Of a DNA stretch of 64,000 bases, positions 55,621 through 64,000 are shown one piece after another (the stretch's first letter is position 1; each line of letters begins with the position of its first letter). This DNA comes from Chitinophaga pinensis (lineage in GTDB: Bacteria > Bacteroidota > Bacteroidia > NS11-12g > UBA9320): assembly GCA_945907065.1 (NCBI GenBank), contig CAMDSC010000001.1:97190-161189 (forward strand), in the 5' to 3' direction. Below the pieces are notes generated by a model. The model searched no databases. It had not been told where the DNA came from and saw nothing but the letters and a program-made list of their open reading frames with translations. The translations under genes were made by a program, and so were the position numbers.

Positions 55621-57390
55621 ATGCATAAAACATTATCCGGAAAACTCAAAAAATTACTTTTTTTTACGTCGGCATTTTTGCTTTTTAATTTGGTAAATGC
55701 TGCCGCGATTAAAGAAAGTATTTCAGGTAAAGCAGTTGACGATGCTACAATTGCCGCAGGTAAAACCCTTTTTGAAGGGAAATGTCAAAGTTGCCATGCA
55801 CTTAACAACAAATTAGTAGGACCTGCCTTAAAGGATGTTCACAAACGTAGATCTTACGAATGGTTAACTAAATGGATTAGAAACAACGAATCTCTTAGAA
55901 AAAGTGGAGATAAGGATGCTATTGACGTTTTTGAAAAAAACAATAAATTGGTTATGACCAGTTTTACTGACCTTAAAGATGATGAATTGGCATCACTTAT
56001 TATGTATATTGAAGATGCTAGTGCAGGAGGTGGAGCTGCTGTAGGTTCTGCTGCAACTGCAACAGCAGAATCAACACCTTTAGATCAAAATGTGGTTAGT
56101 AAGGTTAACTGGGTTTTGATACTATTATTTGTATTGGTTGCAATCATATTATTTATGATTGTAAAAATTTTAGATCAGGTATCTTTAATTCGAGGTAAAG
56201 ATGTAATTAAATGGAACAGCGTAAATGCTATTATATGCTTAGTATTTATGATAGTTGGGTTTATTGCATGTGCTTGGGAATTTTATGTTCATGGAAAATT
56301 AGTATTGCCCGAAGCCGCTACAGAGCATGGAAGAAAATTAGATCAGATGTTTGATATTACTTTGTTTTTTACAGGTATTGTATTTGTAATTACAGAGTTT
56401 TTATTATTCTGGTTTGCTTATAAATACAGAGGACGTAAAGGAAATAAAGCTTTTTACTATTCACATAACAATAAAATTGAAGCAATTTGGACTCTTATTC
56501 CTGCAATAGTTTTAACAGTTCTTGTAATTGGAGGTTTAAAAACTTGGAATGGAATTACCAATAATCCAGAACGAGATAAATTTAATGTTGAAATATTTGG
56601 GTATCAATTTGGCTGGACAGCCCGTTATCCTGGCGATGATGGCAAACTTGGAAAGTCTAATTGGAACTTAATTTCAAATGATAATTTGTTAGGAGTAGCT
56701 ATAAAAGATAGGGCTGAGCAATTAATTCCTGTTTTGGAACAAGATATTAAAGATTTGGAACTTCTGAAAAAGGGCTTACCACATAAATTAGATGAATTAA
56801 AGACTACATTAGGTGGATTGGTAGATGAAGAAAGAAAAATACATAGCGATAAAATAGCCGAAATAGAAGACGGTACCGCATTGTCAGACCTTGAAAAAAC
56901 AATTACAAATCGTAAGATTCAAATTAATAGAATAAAGGTTTCGTTAGAAAATGAAAATGCAAAAGCATTTTATGACAATACAGGATTGGATGATATTATA
57001 GTAAATAATGAAATACATATTCCAGTAAATAAAACTGTAACCTTTAAATTTCGTGGAAGAGATGTTATTCACTCAGCTTATATTCCAATGTTCCGCAGTC
57101 AAATTAATGTAGTTCCTGGGCTAAATACTGAAGTGGTTTTTAAAGCTATTGAAACTACCAAAGACAAGAAGGAAAAACTTAAAAAACCGGATTTTGAATA
57201 TTGGCTTATTTGTGCAAAAATTTGTGGTGCAGCCCATTTTAATATGAAACTTAAAATAGTAGTCGATACTGAGGCTGATTACAATAAATGGATAAAAAGT
57301 CAGGCAGGAGCATTTACTAAGCAGACTGAAGCCCCTGCAGATAAAGAAATTCAAAAAGATTCAACTCAAAAATCAGTAGTTATTAATTAA
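55621..57390 (+). CDS. ctaC: Cytochrome c oxidase subunit II with an N-terminal cytochrome c domain and an internal insertion
   Basis: 589 aa. Has haem-c CQSCH with a downstream Met. The CuA ligands are DVIHSAYIP and CAKICGAAHFNM. About 110 aa of charged, helical sequence interrupts the cupredoxin domain. Confidence 0.9.
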   Translation: MHKTLSGKLKKLLFFTSAFLLFNLVNAAAIKESISGKAVDDATIAAGKTLFEGKCQSCHALNNKLVGPALKDVHKRRSYEWLTKWIRNNESLRKSGDKDAIDVFEKNNKLVMTSFTDLKDDELASLIMYIEDASAGGGAAVGSAATATAESTPLDQNVVSKVNWVLILLFVLVAIILFMIVKILDQVSLIRGKDVIKWNSVNAIICLVFMIVGFIACAWEFYVHGKLVLPEAATEHGRKLDQMFDITLFFTGIVFVITEFLLFWFAYKYRGRKGNKAFYYSHNNKIEAIWTLIPAIVLTVLVIGGLKTWNGITNNPERDKFNVEIFGYQFGWTARYPGDDGKLGKSNWNLISNDNLLGVAIKDRAEQLIPVLEQDIKDLELLKKGLPHKLDELKTTLGGLVDEERKIHSDKIAEIEDGTALSDLEKTITNRKIQINRIKVSLENENAKAFYDNTGLDDIIVNNEIHIPVNKTVTFKFRGRDVIHSAYIPMFRSQINVVPGLNTEVVFKAIETTKDKKEKLKKPDFEYWLICAKICGAAHFNMKLKIVVDTEADYNKWIKSQAGAFTKQTEAPADKEIQKDSTQKSVVIN

Positions 57391-57399
57391 AAAGAAAGC

Positions 57400-59301
57400 A
57401 TGAGCCAAACAGCAACACATAACGCACAAGGTCATGATGATCATGGTCATCACAAAGAAAACTTTATAACAAAGTATGTTTTCTCCCAGGACCATAAAAT
57501 GATTTCTAAGCAATTCCTTATTACAGGTATAATAATGGGATGTTTTGGAATGATAATGTCAATATTATTCCGTTTACAATTGGCTTGGCCAGATTCAAGT
57601 TTCCCAATTTTAGAAACTTTATTAGGAAGTAAATGGGCTCCGGGAGGAAAATTAGATTCTTCTTTTTACATGGGGCTAGTTACAATACATGGTACAATAA
57701 TGGTATTCTTCGTATTGACAGCCGGATTAAGCGGAACATTTAGTAATTTATTAATTCCTTTACAAGTAGGTGCAAGAGATATGGCTTCACCATTTATGAA
57801 TATGCTTTCATACTGGTTCTTCTTTGCTTCATCGGTAGTTTTAACTGCGAGTGTATTTATCGAATCAGGTCCTGCAGCAGCTGGATGGACTGTTTATCCT
57901 CCATTAAGCGCCTTACCAAAAGCAATGCCAGGTTCAGGATTAGGAATGACTATGTGGCTTATTTCAATGGTTTTATTTATCGGTTCCGCTTTGTTAGGAG
58001 GTATTAATTATATCACCACTGTATTGAACATGAGAACTAAAGGAATGTCTATGAACAGAATGCCTCTTACAATTTGGGCCTTCTTTTTTACTGCTATTCT
58101 GGGTTTACTATCATTCCCCGTATTATTAGGAGGTTCATTACTTTTGGTTTTTGACAGAAGTTTTGGTACTAGTTTTTACTTAAGTGATATATTTTTAAAT
58201 GGAGAAGGTGCTTTAGCTAATAGCGGAGGAAGCCCGATACTTTTTCAGCATTTATTTTGGTTCTTAGGTCACCCGGAGGTTTATATCATTATTCTACCAG
58301 CATTGGGTATTACATCTGAGATAATAGCGGTTAATGCTCGTAAACCTATTTTTGGATATACTGCAATGGTTATTTCAATAATAGGTATTGCATTTCTTTC
58401 TTTTATCGTTTGGGGTCATCACATGTTTATAACTGGAATGAATCCATTATTAGGATTGGTATTTATGGTATTTACATTAATAATTGCTGTCCCATCTGCG
58501 GTAAAAACCTTTAACTATTTGGCAACACTATGGAGAGGTAATATACAGTTTACTCCAGGTATGTTGTTTGCTATTGGTTTAGTATCTTTCTTTATCAGTG
58601 GTGGTTTAACAGGTATTTTTCTTGGTAATGCTGCAATTGATATTCAGTTACACGATACTTATTTTGTAGTAGCTCACTTCCACCTTGTTATGGGTTGTGC
58701 TGCAATATTTGGTATGATGGCAGGTATTTATCATTGGTATCCGCGTTTATATGGAAGGACAATGAATAAAACACTTGGTTATATGCACTTTTGGTTAACT
58801 TTTGTTTCTGCTTATATGGTATTTTTCCCTATGCATTTTATTGGATTAGCTGGTGTGCCTCGTCGTTATTATCAATTTTCTGTTTTACCTGAATTTGGAG
58901 TATGGGATGATGTAAACGTATTAATAACAATGGCAGCTATTTTAGGTGCTGCCGCACAACTTTTATTCTTGTATAATTTCTTTAGTAGTATTTTCTTTGG
59001 TAAAAAATCAGAACAAAATCCTTGGAAATCAAATACACTAGAGTGGACAGCTCCTATTGAAGAGAGGTTACATGGCAATTGGCCAGGTGCTATTCCAACA
59101 GTTCATCGTTGGCCTTATGACTATAGTAAACCAGGTTATGAAGATGATTTTATTCCTCAAACAGTGCCTGATGATGGAAACGAAGAAGAACTTGCACATC
59201 AACATACTACTGCCCCAATAATTCCTGAAAGTACTGATAAGTCTGAAGTTGTACATTTTTCAGCTTTGCTTTCAAAATGGTTTGGATTTAAAAATTTATA
59301 A
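57400..59301 (+). CDS. ctaD: Cytochrome c oxidase subunit I
   Basis: 633 aa with 12 or more TM helices. Shows LFWFLGHPEVYIIILPALG, WGHHMF and VAHFHLVM motifs. Confidence 0.97.
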   Translation: MSQTATHNAQGHDDHGHHKENFITKYVFSQDHKMISKQFLITGIIMGCFGMIMSILFRLQLAWPDSSFPILETLLGSKWAPGGKLDSSFYMGLVTIHGTIMVFFVLTAGLSGTFSNLLIPLQVGARDMASPFMNMLSYWFFFASSVVLTASVFIESGPAAAGWTVYPPLSALPKAMPGSGLGMTMWLISMVLFIGSALLGGINYITTVLNMRTKGMSMNRMPLTIWAFFFTAILGLLSFPVLLGGSLLLVFDRSFGTSFYLSDIFLNGEGALANSGGSPILFQHLFWFLGHPEVYIIILPALGITSEIIAVNARKPIFGYTAMVISIIGIAFLSFIVWGHHMFITGMNPLLGLVFMVFTLIIAVPSAVKTFNYLATLWRGNIQFTPGMLFAIGLVSFFISGGLTGIFLGNAAIDIQLHDTYFVVAHFHLVMGCAAIFGMMAGIYHWYPRLYGRTMNKTLGYMHFWLTFVSAYMVFFPMHFIGLAGVPRRYYQFSVLPEFGVWDDVNVLITMAAILGAAAQLLFLYNFFSSIFFGKKSEQNPWKSNTLEWTAPIEERLHGNWPGAIPTVHRWPYDYSKPGYEDDFIPQTVPDDGNEEELAHQHTTAPIIPESTDKSEVVHFSALLSKWFGFKNL

Positions 59302-59325
59302 AAGTTGGTTTCCAACGAAAGGATA

Positions 59326-60219
59326 ATGATAAAGACAATAACCGCAGATAATTCGTTTAACTTAAGAGCTAAATTGTTTGATTACGGCCAATTGGTAAAG
59401 ATGCGTTTGACGTTTACTGTAGTGTTATCAGCTGTTTTGGGCTATTTAATAGCATTTCAAAACGGAGTTGATTTTCAAGCAATACTTGCATTAACAATTG
59501 GTGGATTTTTGGTAGTTGGTTCAGCAAATGGAATTAATCAAATTATTGAAAAGGATTTTGATAACAAAATGCTTCGAACCAATAACAGACCTTTAGCTAC
59601 TGATAGAATGTCTGTTACTGAAGCTGTAATATTTTGCATTATAACTGGAGTTACTGGTGTAGCTATTTTAGGCAACTATCTAAATCAACTTAGTGCTATT
59701 TTAGGTATAATATCTTTGATTTCGTATGCATTCCTTTATACCCCCCTAAAACGGTATTCATCTTTTGCTGTATTTGTTGGAGCTTTTCCAGGTGCAATAC
59801 CACCATTATTAGGTTGGGTTGCAGCAAGAGGAACTTTGGATATGGGAGGACTTACACTTTTTGCTTTGCAATTTATTTGGCAATTTCCTCATTTTTGGGC
59901 TATTGCATGGATATTAGATGATGATTATAAACGGGCAGGATATAATTTATTACCGTCCAAAGACGGACGAAATAAAAAATCAGCTCTTTTAACTGTTTTA
60001 TATACTTTGGCTTTAATTCCAATCTCAGCAGTTCCATTTTTTATAGGTATTTCAGGAAGTATTTCTCTTTCAATTGCAATTGTATGTGGAATATTACTTT
60101 CTATTCAGGCAATAAAACTTTTTCATTCATGCGAAATTAAAGAAGCAAAAAGATTAATGTTTTATTCTATAATTTATAACCCGGTTGTCTTATTGGCATT
60201 TTTTATTGATAAAGTATGA
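59326..60219 (+). CDS. cyoE: Haem o synthase (protohaem IX farnesyltransferase)
   Basis: ATG 59326 (the track start 59305 is TTG). A UbiA-type protein with NQIIEKDFDNKMLRTNNRPL and YTPLKR, located inside the oxidase cluster. Confidence 0.9.
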   Translation: MIKTITADNSFNLRAKLFDYGQLVKMRLTFTVVLSAVLGYLIAFQNGVDFQAILALTIGGFLVVGSANGINQIIEKDFDNKMLRTNNRPLATDRMSVTEAVIFCIITGVTGVAILGNYLNQLSAILGIISLISYAFLYTPLKRYSSFAVFVGAFPGAIPPLLGWVAARGTLDMGGLTLFALQFIWQFPHFWAIAWILDDDYKRAGYNLLPSKDGRNKKSALLTVLYTLALIPISAVPFFIGISGSISLSIAIVCGILLSIQAIKLFHSCEIKEAKRLMFYSIIYNPVVLLAFFIDKV

Positions 60220-60809
60220 TAGCAGCTAAGGAAAGAGAATACGAATTTGATACTAAAAGAGTGAACCCAAAAATGTTTGCTATGTGGCTATTAATTGTTG
60301 CCATTGTAATGTTATTTGCAGGGTTAACAAGTGCTTATATTGTAAGAATGGGTGAAGGTAATTGGTATAAATTTGACCTACCAATTCAGTTTTTATATAG
60401 TACCATTGTTATAATTGGCAGCAGTTTCACAATGTGGTGGGCTTATCGTTCAGCTAAAAATGATGAAATAAATCAGGTTAAAATTGGTTTAATAACAACA
60501 TTTATTCTTGCTCTTGGTTTTTGTTATCTTCAGTTTTTAGGATGGAAATCTATGAACGCAATGGATTTATTTTTTGCTGATGATATTCATGGCGATAAGG
60601 TTTCAGCATCATTTATATATGCACTTTCAGGATTACACCTTGCGCATATGCTTGGCGGTGTATTATTCCTTTTTATTCAAATAGTCAGAGCCTTTAGGCA
60701 CCGGATTCATAAGAAAAATCTATTATCAACAAATATGTGTAATACTTATTGGCACTTTGTTGGTATACTTTGGGTTTATTTATTTTTATTTTTTTATTTT
60801 GCACACTGA
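60216..60809 (+). CDS. Cytochrome c oxidase subunit III-family protein (short form)
   Basis: 197 aa with five TM helices. Shows GLHLAHMLGGVLFL and YWHFVGILWVYLF. Confidence 0.8.
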   Translation: MIAAKEREYEFDTKRVNPKMFAMWLLIVAIVMLFAGLTSAYIVRMGEGNWYKFDLPIQFLYSTIVIIGSSFTMWWAYRSAKNDEINQVKIGLITTFILALGFCYLQFLGWKSMNAMDLFFADDIHGDKVSASFIYALSGLHLAHMLGGVLFLFIQIVRAFRHRIHKKNLLSTNMCNTYWHFVGILWVYLFLFFYFAH

Positions 60810-60816
60810 AAATAAC

Positions 60817-61587
60817 ATGTCAACAGATACTTCAGCTACAGTTTCAACTACCAAAACATGGTCAGGCGGACGTTCGCCTTACAACGTAAGTTATGGCAAA
60901 TTAATGATGTGGATTTTTCTCCTATCTGATGCCTTTACCTTTTCTTCATTATTAATAGGCTATGGAGCCGTTAGATTTAGTTATCCAGTTCCCCCACCTT
61001 TGGTAGAAAAATTAGCTCCTATGTCCGATCTTACTCAAAAGTATGGCCACAATTTTGTAGAAAAAATGCAGGAAATTGGTGCTTTCGATGAAAGTCATTG
61101 GCCAGCACCAGAATTGGTTTTTAATCACTTTCCTTTTCTTCATGGTATGCATTTACCATTAATGTTTGTTAGTTTAATGACATTTATTCTTATTTTTAGT
61201 TCTGTAACAATGGTTCTGGCTGTTGAAGCTGGGCATCGAATGGATAAGAAAAAGGTAGGAATTTACATGTTTTATACAATACTTGGAGGACTTGCATTCT
61301 TAGGTTGTCAAGCATGGGAATGGACTCAATTTATAACTGAAGGAGCTACTTTATCTCACAATCCTTTTGGACCAGCTCACTTTGCCGCCCTTTTCTTTAT
61401 TGTAACTGGCTTTCACGGTTTTCACGTATTTAGTGGAGTAGTATTTAATTTTTTAATATATGTGAATACTAAACGAGGCATGTATGAAAAGCGTGGCCAT
61501 TATGAAATGGTAGAAAAAGTAGGATTATACTGGCATTTTGTAGATTTAGTATGGGTGTTTGTATTTACATTCTTTTATTTGATTTAA
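60817..61587 (+). CDS. ctaE: Cytochrome c oxidase subunit III
   Basis: ATG 60817 gives MSTDTSATV. Shows GFHGFHVFSGV and YWHFVDLVWVFVF. The track start 60757 overlaps the previous gene. Confidence 0.85.
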   Translation: MSTDTSATVSTTKTWSGGRSPYNVSYGKLMMWIFLLSDAFTFSSLLIGYGAVRFSYPVPPPLVEKLAPMSDLTQKYGHNFVEKMQEIGAFDESHWPAPELVFNHFPFLHGMHLPLMFVSLMTFILIFSSVTMVLAVEAGHRMDKKKVGIYMFYTILGGLAFLGCQAWEWTQFITEGATLSHNPFGPAHFAALFFIVTGFHGFHVFSGVVFNFLIYVNTKRGMYEKRGHYEMVEKVGLYWHFVDLVWVFVFTFFYLI

Positions 61588-61629
61588 TATTTTATAATAT
61601 CATAAAAACAATTTATCAATTCAATTTAT

Positions 61630-61965
61630 ATGCATAACGATAACTCAAACGAATACATTCCAGAAACATACATCCCTCATGTAGAAAGTAATGGAACAAA
61701 GGAAATTTGGAGAACTTTAATAATTCTTTCAATTCTTACTGTAGTTGATATTGTACTTTATTTCTCTATGCCTCCGCTTGGCGGATTTAGAAATATTACA
61801 TTTATATTTTTAGGAATTGTAAAGGCTTATTATATAGTAGCTTCATTCATGCACATGAAACATGAAAAGGTTGACCTTGCTGCATGTATAATAGTTCCTT
61901 TTCTCCTTGTTATAGGCTTAGTGGCTGGTCTCCTCTCTGAAGGAAGTTTCTGGCTAGCTAATTAA
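61630..61965 (+). CDS. Cytochrome c oxidase subunit IV-family small membrane protein
   Basis: 111 aa with three TM helices. Contains a KAYYIVASFMHMKHE motif and sits after subunit III. Confidence 0.7.
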   Translation: MHNDNSNEYIPETYIPHVESNGTKEIWRTLIILSILTVVDIVLYFSMPPLGGFRNITFIFLGIVKAYYIVASFMHMKHEKVDLAACIIVPFLLVIGLVAGLLSEGSFWLAN

Positions 61966-62609
61966 TGAAACGATTTTTTAAAATCTTCATTGTTGGTATC
62001 ATTCTTATTGGCCCTTTAGTTTGGGGATTGCTTTGGAAATATAGTAAAACATCTTACAAAAAGCTTCCTTTAATGGGTAGTGTAGAAATGACTGGAGATA
62101 CTACTCCATGGTTAATTCCTGATTTTTCATTTATAGACCAAAATGGCGATTCGGTAACGCAAAAAGATTTTAACGGATCCATTTATGTAGCTAATTTCTT
62201 TTTCGCCACATGCCCTGATGTTTGTCCCAGGATGAATAGAAATTTGCATTTGGTTTATGAAAAATTTAAGAAGGAACCCAAAGTTAAATTTATATCTCAT
62301 ACCGTACATCCGGAACATGACACCATAAAAGTATTATATGAATATGCTAAAAAACTACAGGTAGATAATCAAAAGTGGCATTTTGTAACTGGTAGAAAAA
62401 AGGAAATTTATAGGTTGGCCGCGGAAAGTTATAAGGCTATAGCTGTTGAAGGAAATAAGCCAGCTAAATTTATTCATAGCGATAAATTAATTTTAGTAGA
62501 CAAGGAAAAACATATTCGCGGAATATATGACTCTCAGGATTTTAGTGATGTATTGCGTTTAGAAGATGATATAATAATTGTTTTAAAAGAATATCATGAT
62601 AAAAAGTAA
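61965..62609 (+). CDS. SCO1/SenC copper chaperone (thioredoxin fold)
   Basis: 214 aa with an N-terminal TM anchor. The copper site is FFFATCPDVCP (CxxxC) plus a downstream His. Confidence 0.85.
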   Translation: MKRFFKIFIVGIILIGPLVWGLLWKYSKTSYKKLPLMGSVEMTGDTTPWLIPDFSFIDQNGDSVTQKDFNGSIYVANFFFATCPDVCPRMNRNLHLVYEKFKKEPKVKFISHTVHPEHDTIKVLYEYAKKLQVDNQKWHFVTGRKKEIYRLAAESYKAIAVEGNKPAKFIHSDKLILVDKEKHIRGIYDSQDFSDVLRLEDDIIIVLKEYHDKK

Positions 62610-63141
62610 CGAACGCACTATATTTAGAATTGTTTTTGCAATCTCCATATTGGTTTTTCTTTTAGTAATTGTATTGAATAAAAAAATTATTCCAGTACCA
62701 GATACTATTCCATCTTTTGCTTATTCATTGCCAAAACTCAATGCGTTCATTAATGGAACTTGTTTCATTTTGCTGCTTATTTCATTTTATTTTGTAAAGA
62801 GTAAACAATATAAAATGCACCAAAAAATTAATGTTGTAGCCTTTTTTCTATCGGCATTATTTCTTATCTCTTACGTTACCTATCATTATTTAGTGCCAGA
62901 AACAAAATATGGTGGCGATGGAATACTTAAATCAATCTATTATTTTATTTTAATAACCCATATAATTTTAGCCGCTATTGTGCTACCACTTGTTCTTCTA
63001 TCTTTTTATTATGGGTTAGATGATAATAGAGTAAAACATCGAAAAATAGTGAAATGGAGTTTTCCAATTTGGGTTTATGTTACATTTACAGGTGTTTTAG
63101 TTTATTTATTGCTTTCCCCTTATTATAATTTCCCTATATAG
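62596..63141 (+). CDS. DUF420 membrane protein (CtaM-like oxidase accessory factor)
   Basis: 181 aa with four or five TM helices. It lies in the oxidase cluster and overlaps SCO by 14 nt. Confidence 0.65.
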   Translation: MIKSNERTIFRIVFAISILVFLLVIVLNKKIIPVPDTIPSFAYSLPKLNAFINGTCFILLLISFYFVKSKQYKMHQKINVVAFFLSALFLISYVTYHYLVPETKYGGDGILKSIYYFILITHIILAAIVLPLVLLSFYYGLDDNRVKHRKIVKWSFPIWVYVTFTGVLVYLLLSPYYNFPI

Positions 63142-63144
63142 AAA

Positions 63145-63879
63145 TTGAAAAGTTTAATACAAAGGATACTTCAAACTTTACTAGGTTTTGAACTTTACCT
63201 TTATTTTTTTTCTCAGTATAAAATAAAAACATTAAAGTGGGACAAGGGAGAAAAAGACTTCTTTTATTTTTTGGATTTGATACCAAAAAATGCACATGTT
63301 TTAGATTTGGGAGCAAATATTGGAATAATGACTTTTCATTTAAGCAAGCGAGTAATTGAAGGTAAAGTGTTTGCCTTTGAACCAATTCCATGGAATGCAA
63401 ATACGCTTCGAAAAATTATAACACATCATCATCTAAGTAATGTTATGCTTCAGGAAATAGCATTAGGAAATAATTTTGAACCTTTACGAATGGTTATTCC
63501 TGTGGTGAATGGAGTTAAAAAGCAAGGCTTGTGCCACGTTATTTCACCAGATATAACAGAGTTTAATGATGGAATAATTGTAGAAGTAGAACAAAAAACT
63601 ATTGATTCATTGCTAACTATATTTCCCGAAAAAATTTCAGCAATAAAAATTGATGTAGAAAATTTTGAATTTAATGTATTTAATGGTGCAGAGGAATTGA
63701 TAATCAAAGATCGCCCAATTATATATTGTGAACTTTGGGATAATCAAAATCGAAGTAATTGTTTCCATTTTTTTGAAACTAATAATTACAACGTTATGGT
63801 ATTCCTTAACAAAAACCTTGTTAACTTTGACCCTAGCATTCATACTACTCAAAATTTTATCTTTACTCCTAAAAATTAA
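63145..63879 (+). CDS. FkbM-family SAM-dependent methyltransferase
   Basis: 244 aa from a TTG start. Shows VLDLGANIGIMT, FAFEP and IKIDVENFE motifs. Confidence 0.7.
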   Translation: MKSLIQRILQTLLGFELYLYFFSQYKIKTLKWDKGEKDFFYFLDLIPKNAHVLDLGANIGIMTFHLSKRVIEGKVFAFEPIPWNANTLRKIITHHHLSNVMLQEIALGNNFEPLRMVIPVVNGVKKQGLCHVISPDITEFNDGIIVEVEQKTIDSLLTIFPEKISAIKIDVENFEFNVFNGAEELIIKDRPIIYCELWDNQNRSNCFHFFETNNYNVMVFLNKNLVNFDPSIHTTQNFIFTPKN

Positions 63880-63884
63880 TAACC

Positions 63885-64000
63885 ATGCGCAATATAATAA
63901 TTGTACTTTTTATTTTAATATTTTTAGTTCCTAATTCAAAAGCTCAATGTCCAATGTGCAAAACCTCAATAGAAAGTGCTATGAAAGACAAGAATAACAC
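63885..64000 (+). CDS. 5' end of a secreted protein with an immediate CPMCK...IE..A motif (partial, runs off the window)
   Basis: ATG 63885 gives MRNIIIVLFILIFLVPNSKAQ followed by CPMCKTSIESAMKDKNN. The frame is open to the window end and is absent from the ORF track because no stop is reached. Confidence 0.45.
   Translation, partial: MRNIIIVLFILIFLVPNSKAQCPMCKTSIESAMKDKNN

Noticed and set aside
60757-60816. Longer start for oxidase subunit III overlapping the preceding gene. The same applies to 40379-40432, 51242-51271, 53460-53474, 59305-59325, 30464-30511 and 6399-6407.
   Set aside because: The upstream extensions begin at TTG, overlap neighbouring genes or encode implausible leaders. 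In each case a downstream ATG gives an N-terminus typical of the family.
1-64000. tRNA, rRNA, tmRNA and riboswitch candidates in intergenic regions
   Set aside because: All spacers are short (at most about 215 bp outside the IS) and AT-rich. I saw no cloverleaf-like GC-rich segments or conserved riboswitch cores. A covariance-model scan would be needed to exclude small RNAs.

Overview
AT-rich chromosomal window from a member of the Bacteroidota. The phylum call rests on T9SS type A and type B C-terminal sorting domains, a UpxY-type NusG paralogue, TAnnTTTG-like promoter boxes and many lipoproteins. All family assignments come from motif recognition by eye; no searches were run. Most of the window is housekeeping: recA, dprA, queA, kdsA, dapD, dgkA and a complete caa3/aa3-type cytochrome c oxidase cluster (subunits II, I, haem o synthase, two subunit III genes, IV, SCO, DUF420). 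There is also a peptide and proline scavenging block (two DPP-IV-like S9 peptidases, two POT transporters, proline dehydrogenase) and two LTA-synthase-like sulfatases. Four accessory regions stand out. (1) A minus-strand polysaccharide locus (about 3.7-13.7 kb) looks eroded. An apparently intact IS21-family element (6177-8844) cuts it, and the two flanks of that element are not contiguous. (2) Within that locus, three four-helix-bundle (23S rRNA IVS protein / Avd-like) mini-genes sit in successive intergenic slots. Both complete copies are bracketed by inverted repeats built from period-7/8 words, an rRNA-IVS-like architecture inside an mRNA operon. Similar heptad arrays occur elsewhere in the window, including around dapD. 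(3) A tightly packed six-gene minus-strand operon (22578-30295) encodes four lipoproteins, a Tat-signal DUF1501-like protein and a 1184-aa T9SS type B adhesin. It looks like a split, lipoprotein-anchored version of the uncharacterised PSCyt/DUF1549-like + DUF1501 pairing. (4) A membrane SAM-methyltransferase is translationally coupled to a homogentisate-prenyltransferase-like UbiA enzyme. No rRNA, tRNA or CRISPR array was seen.
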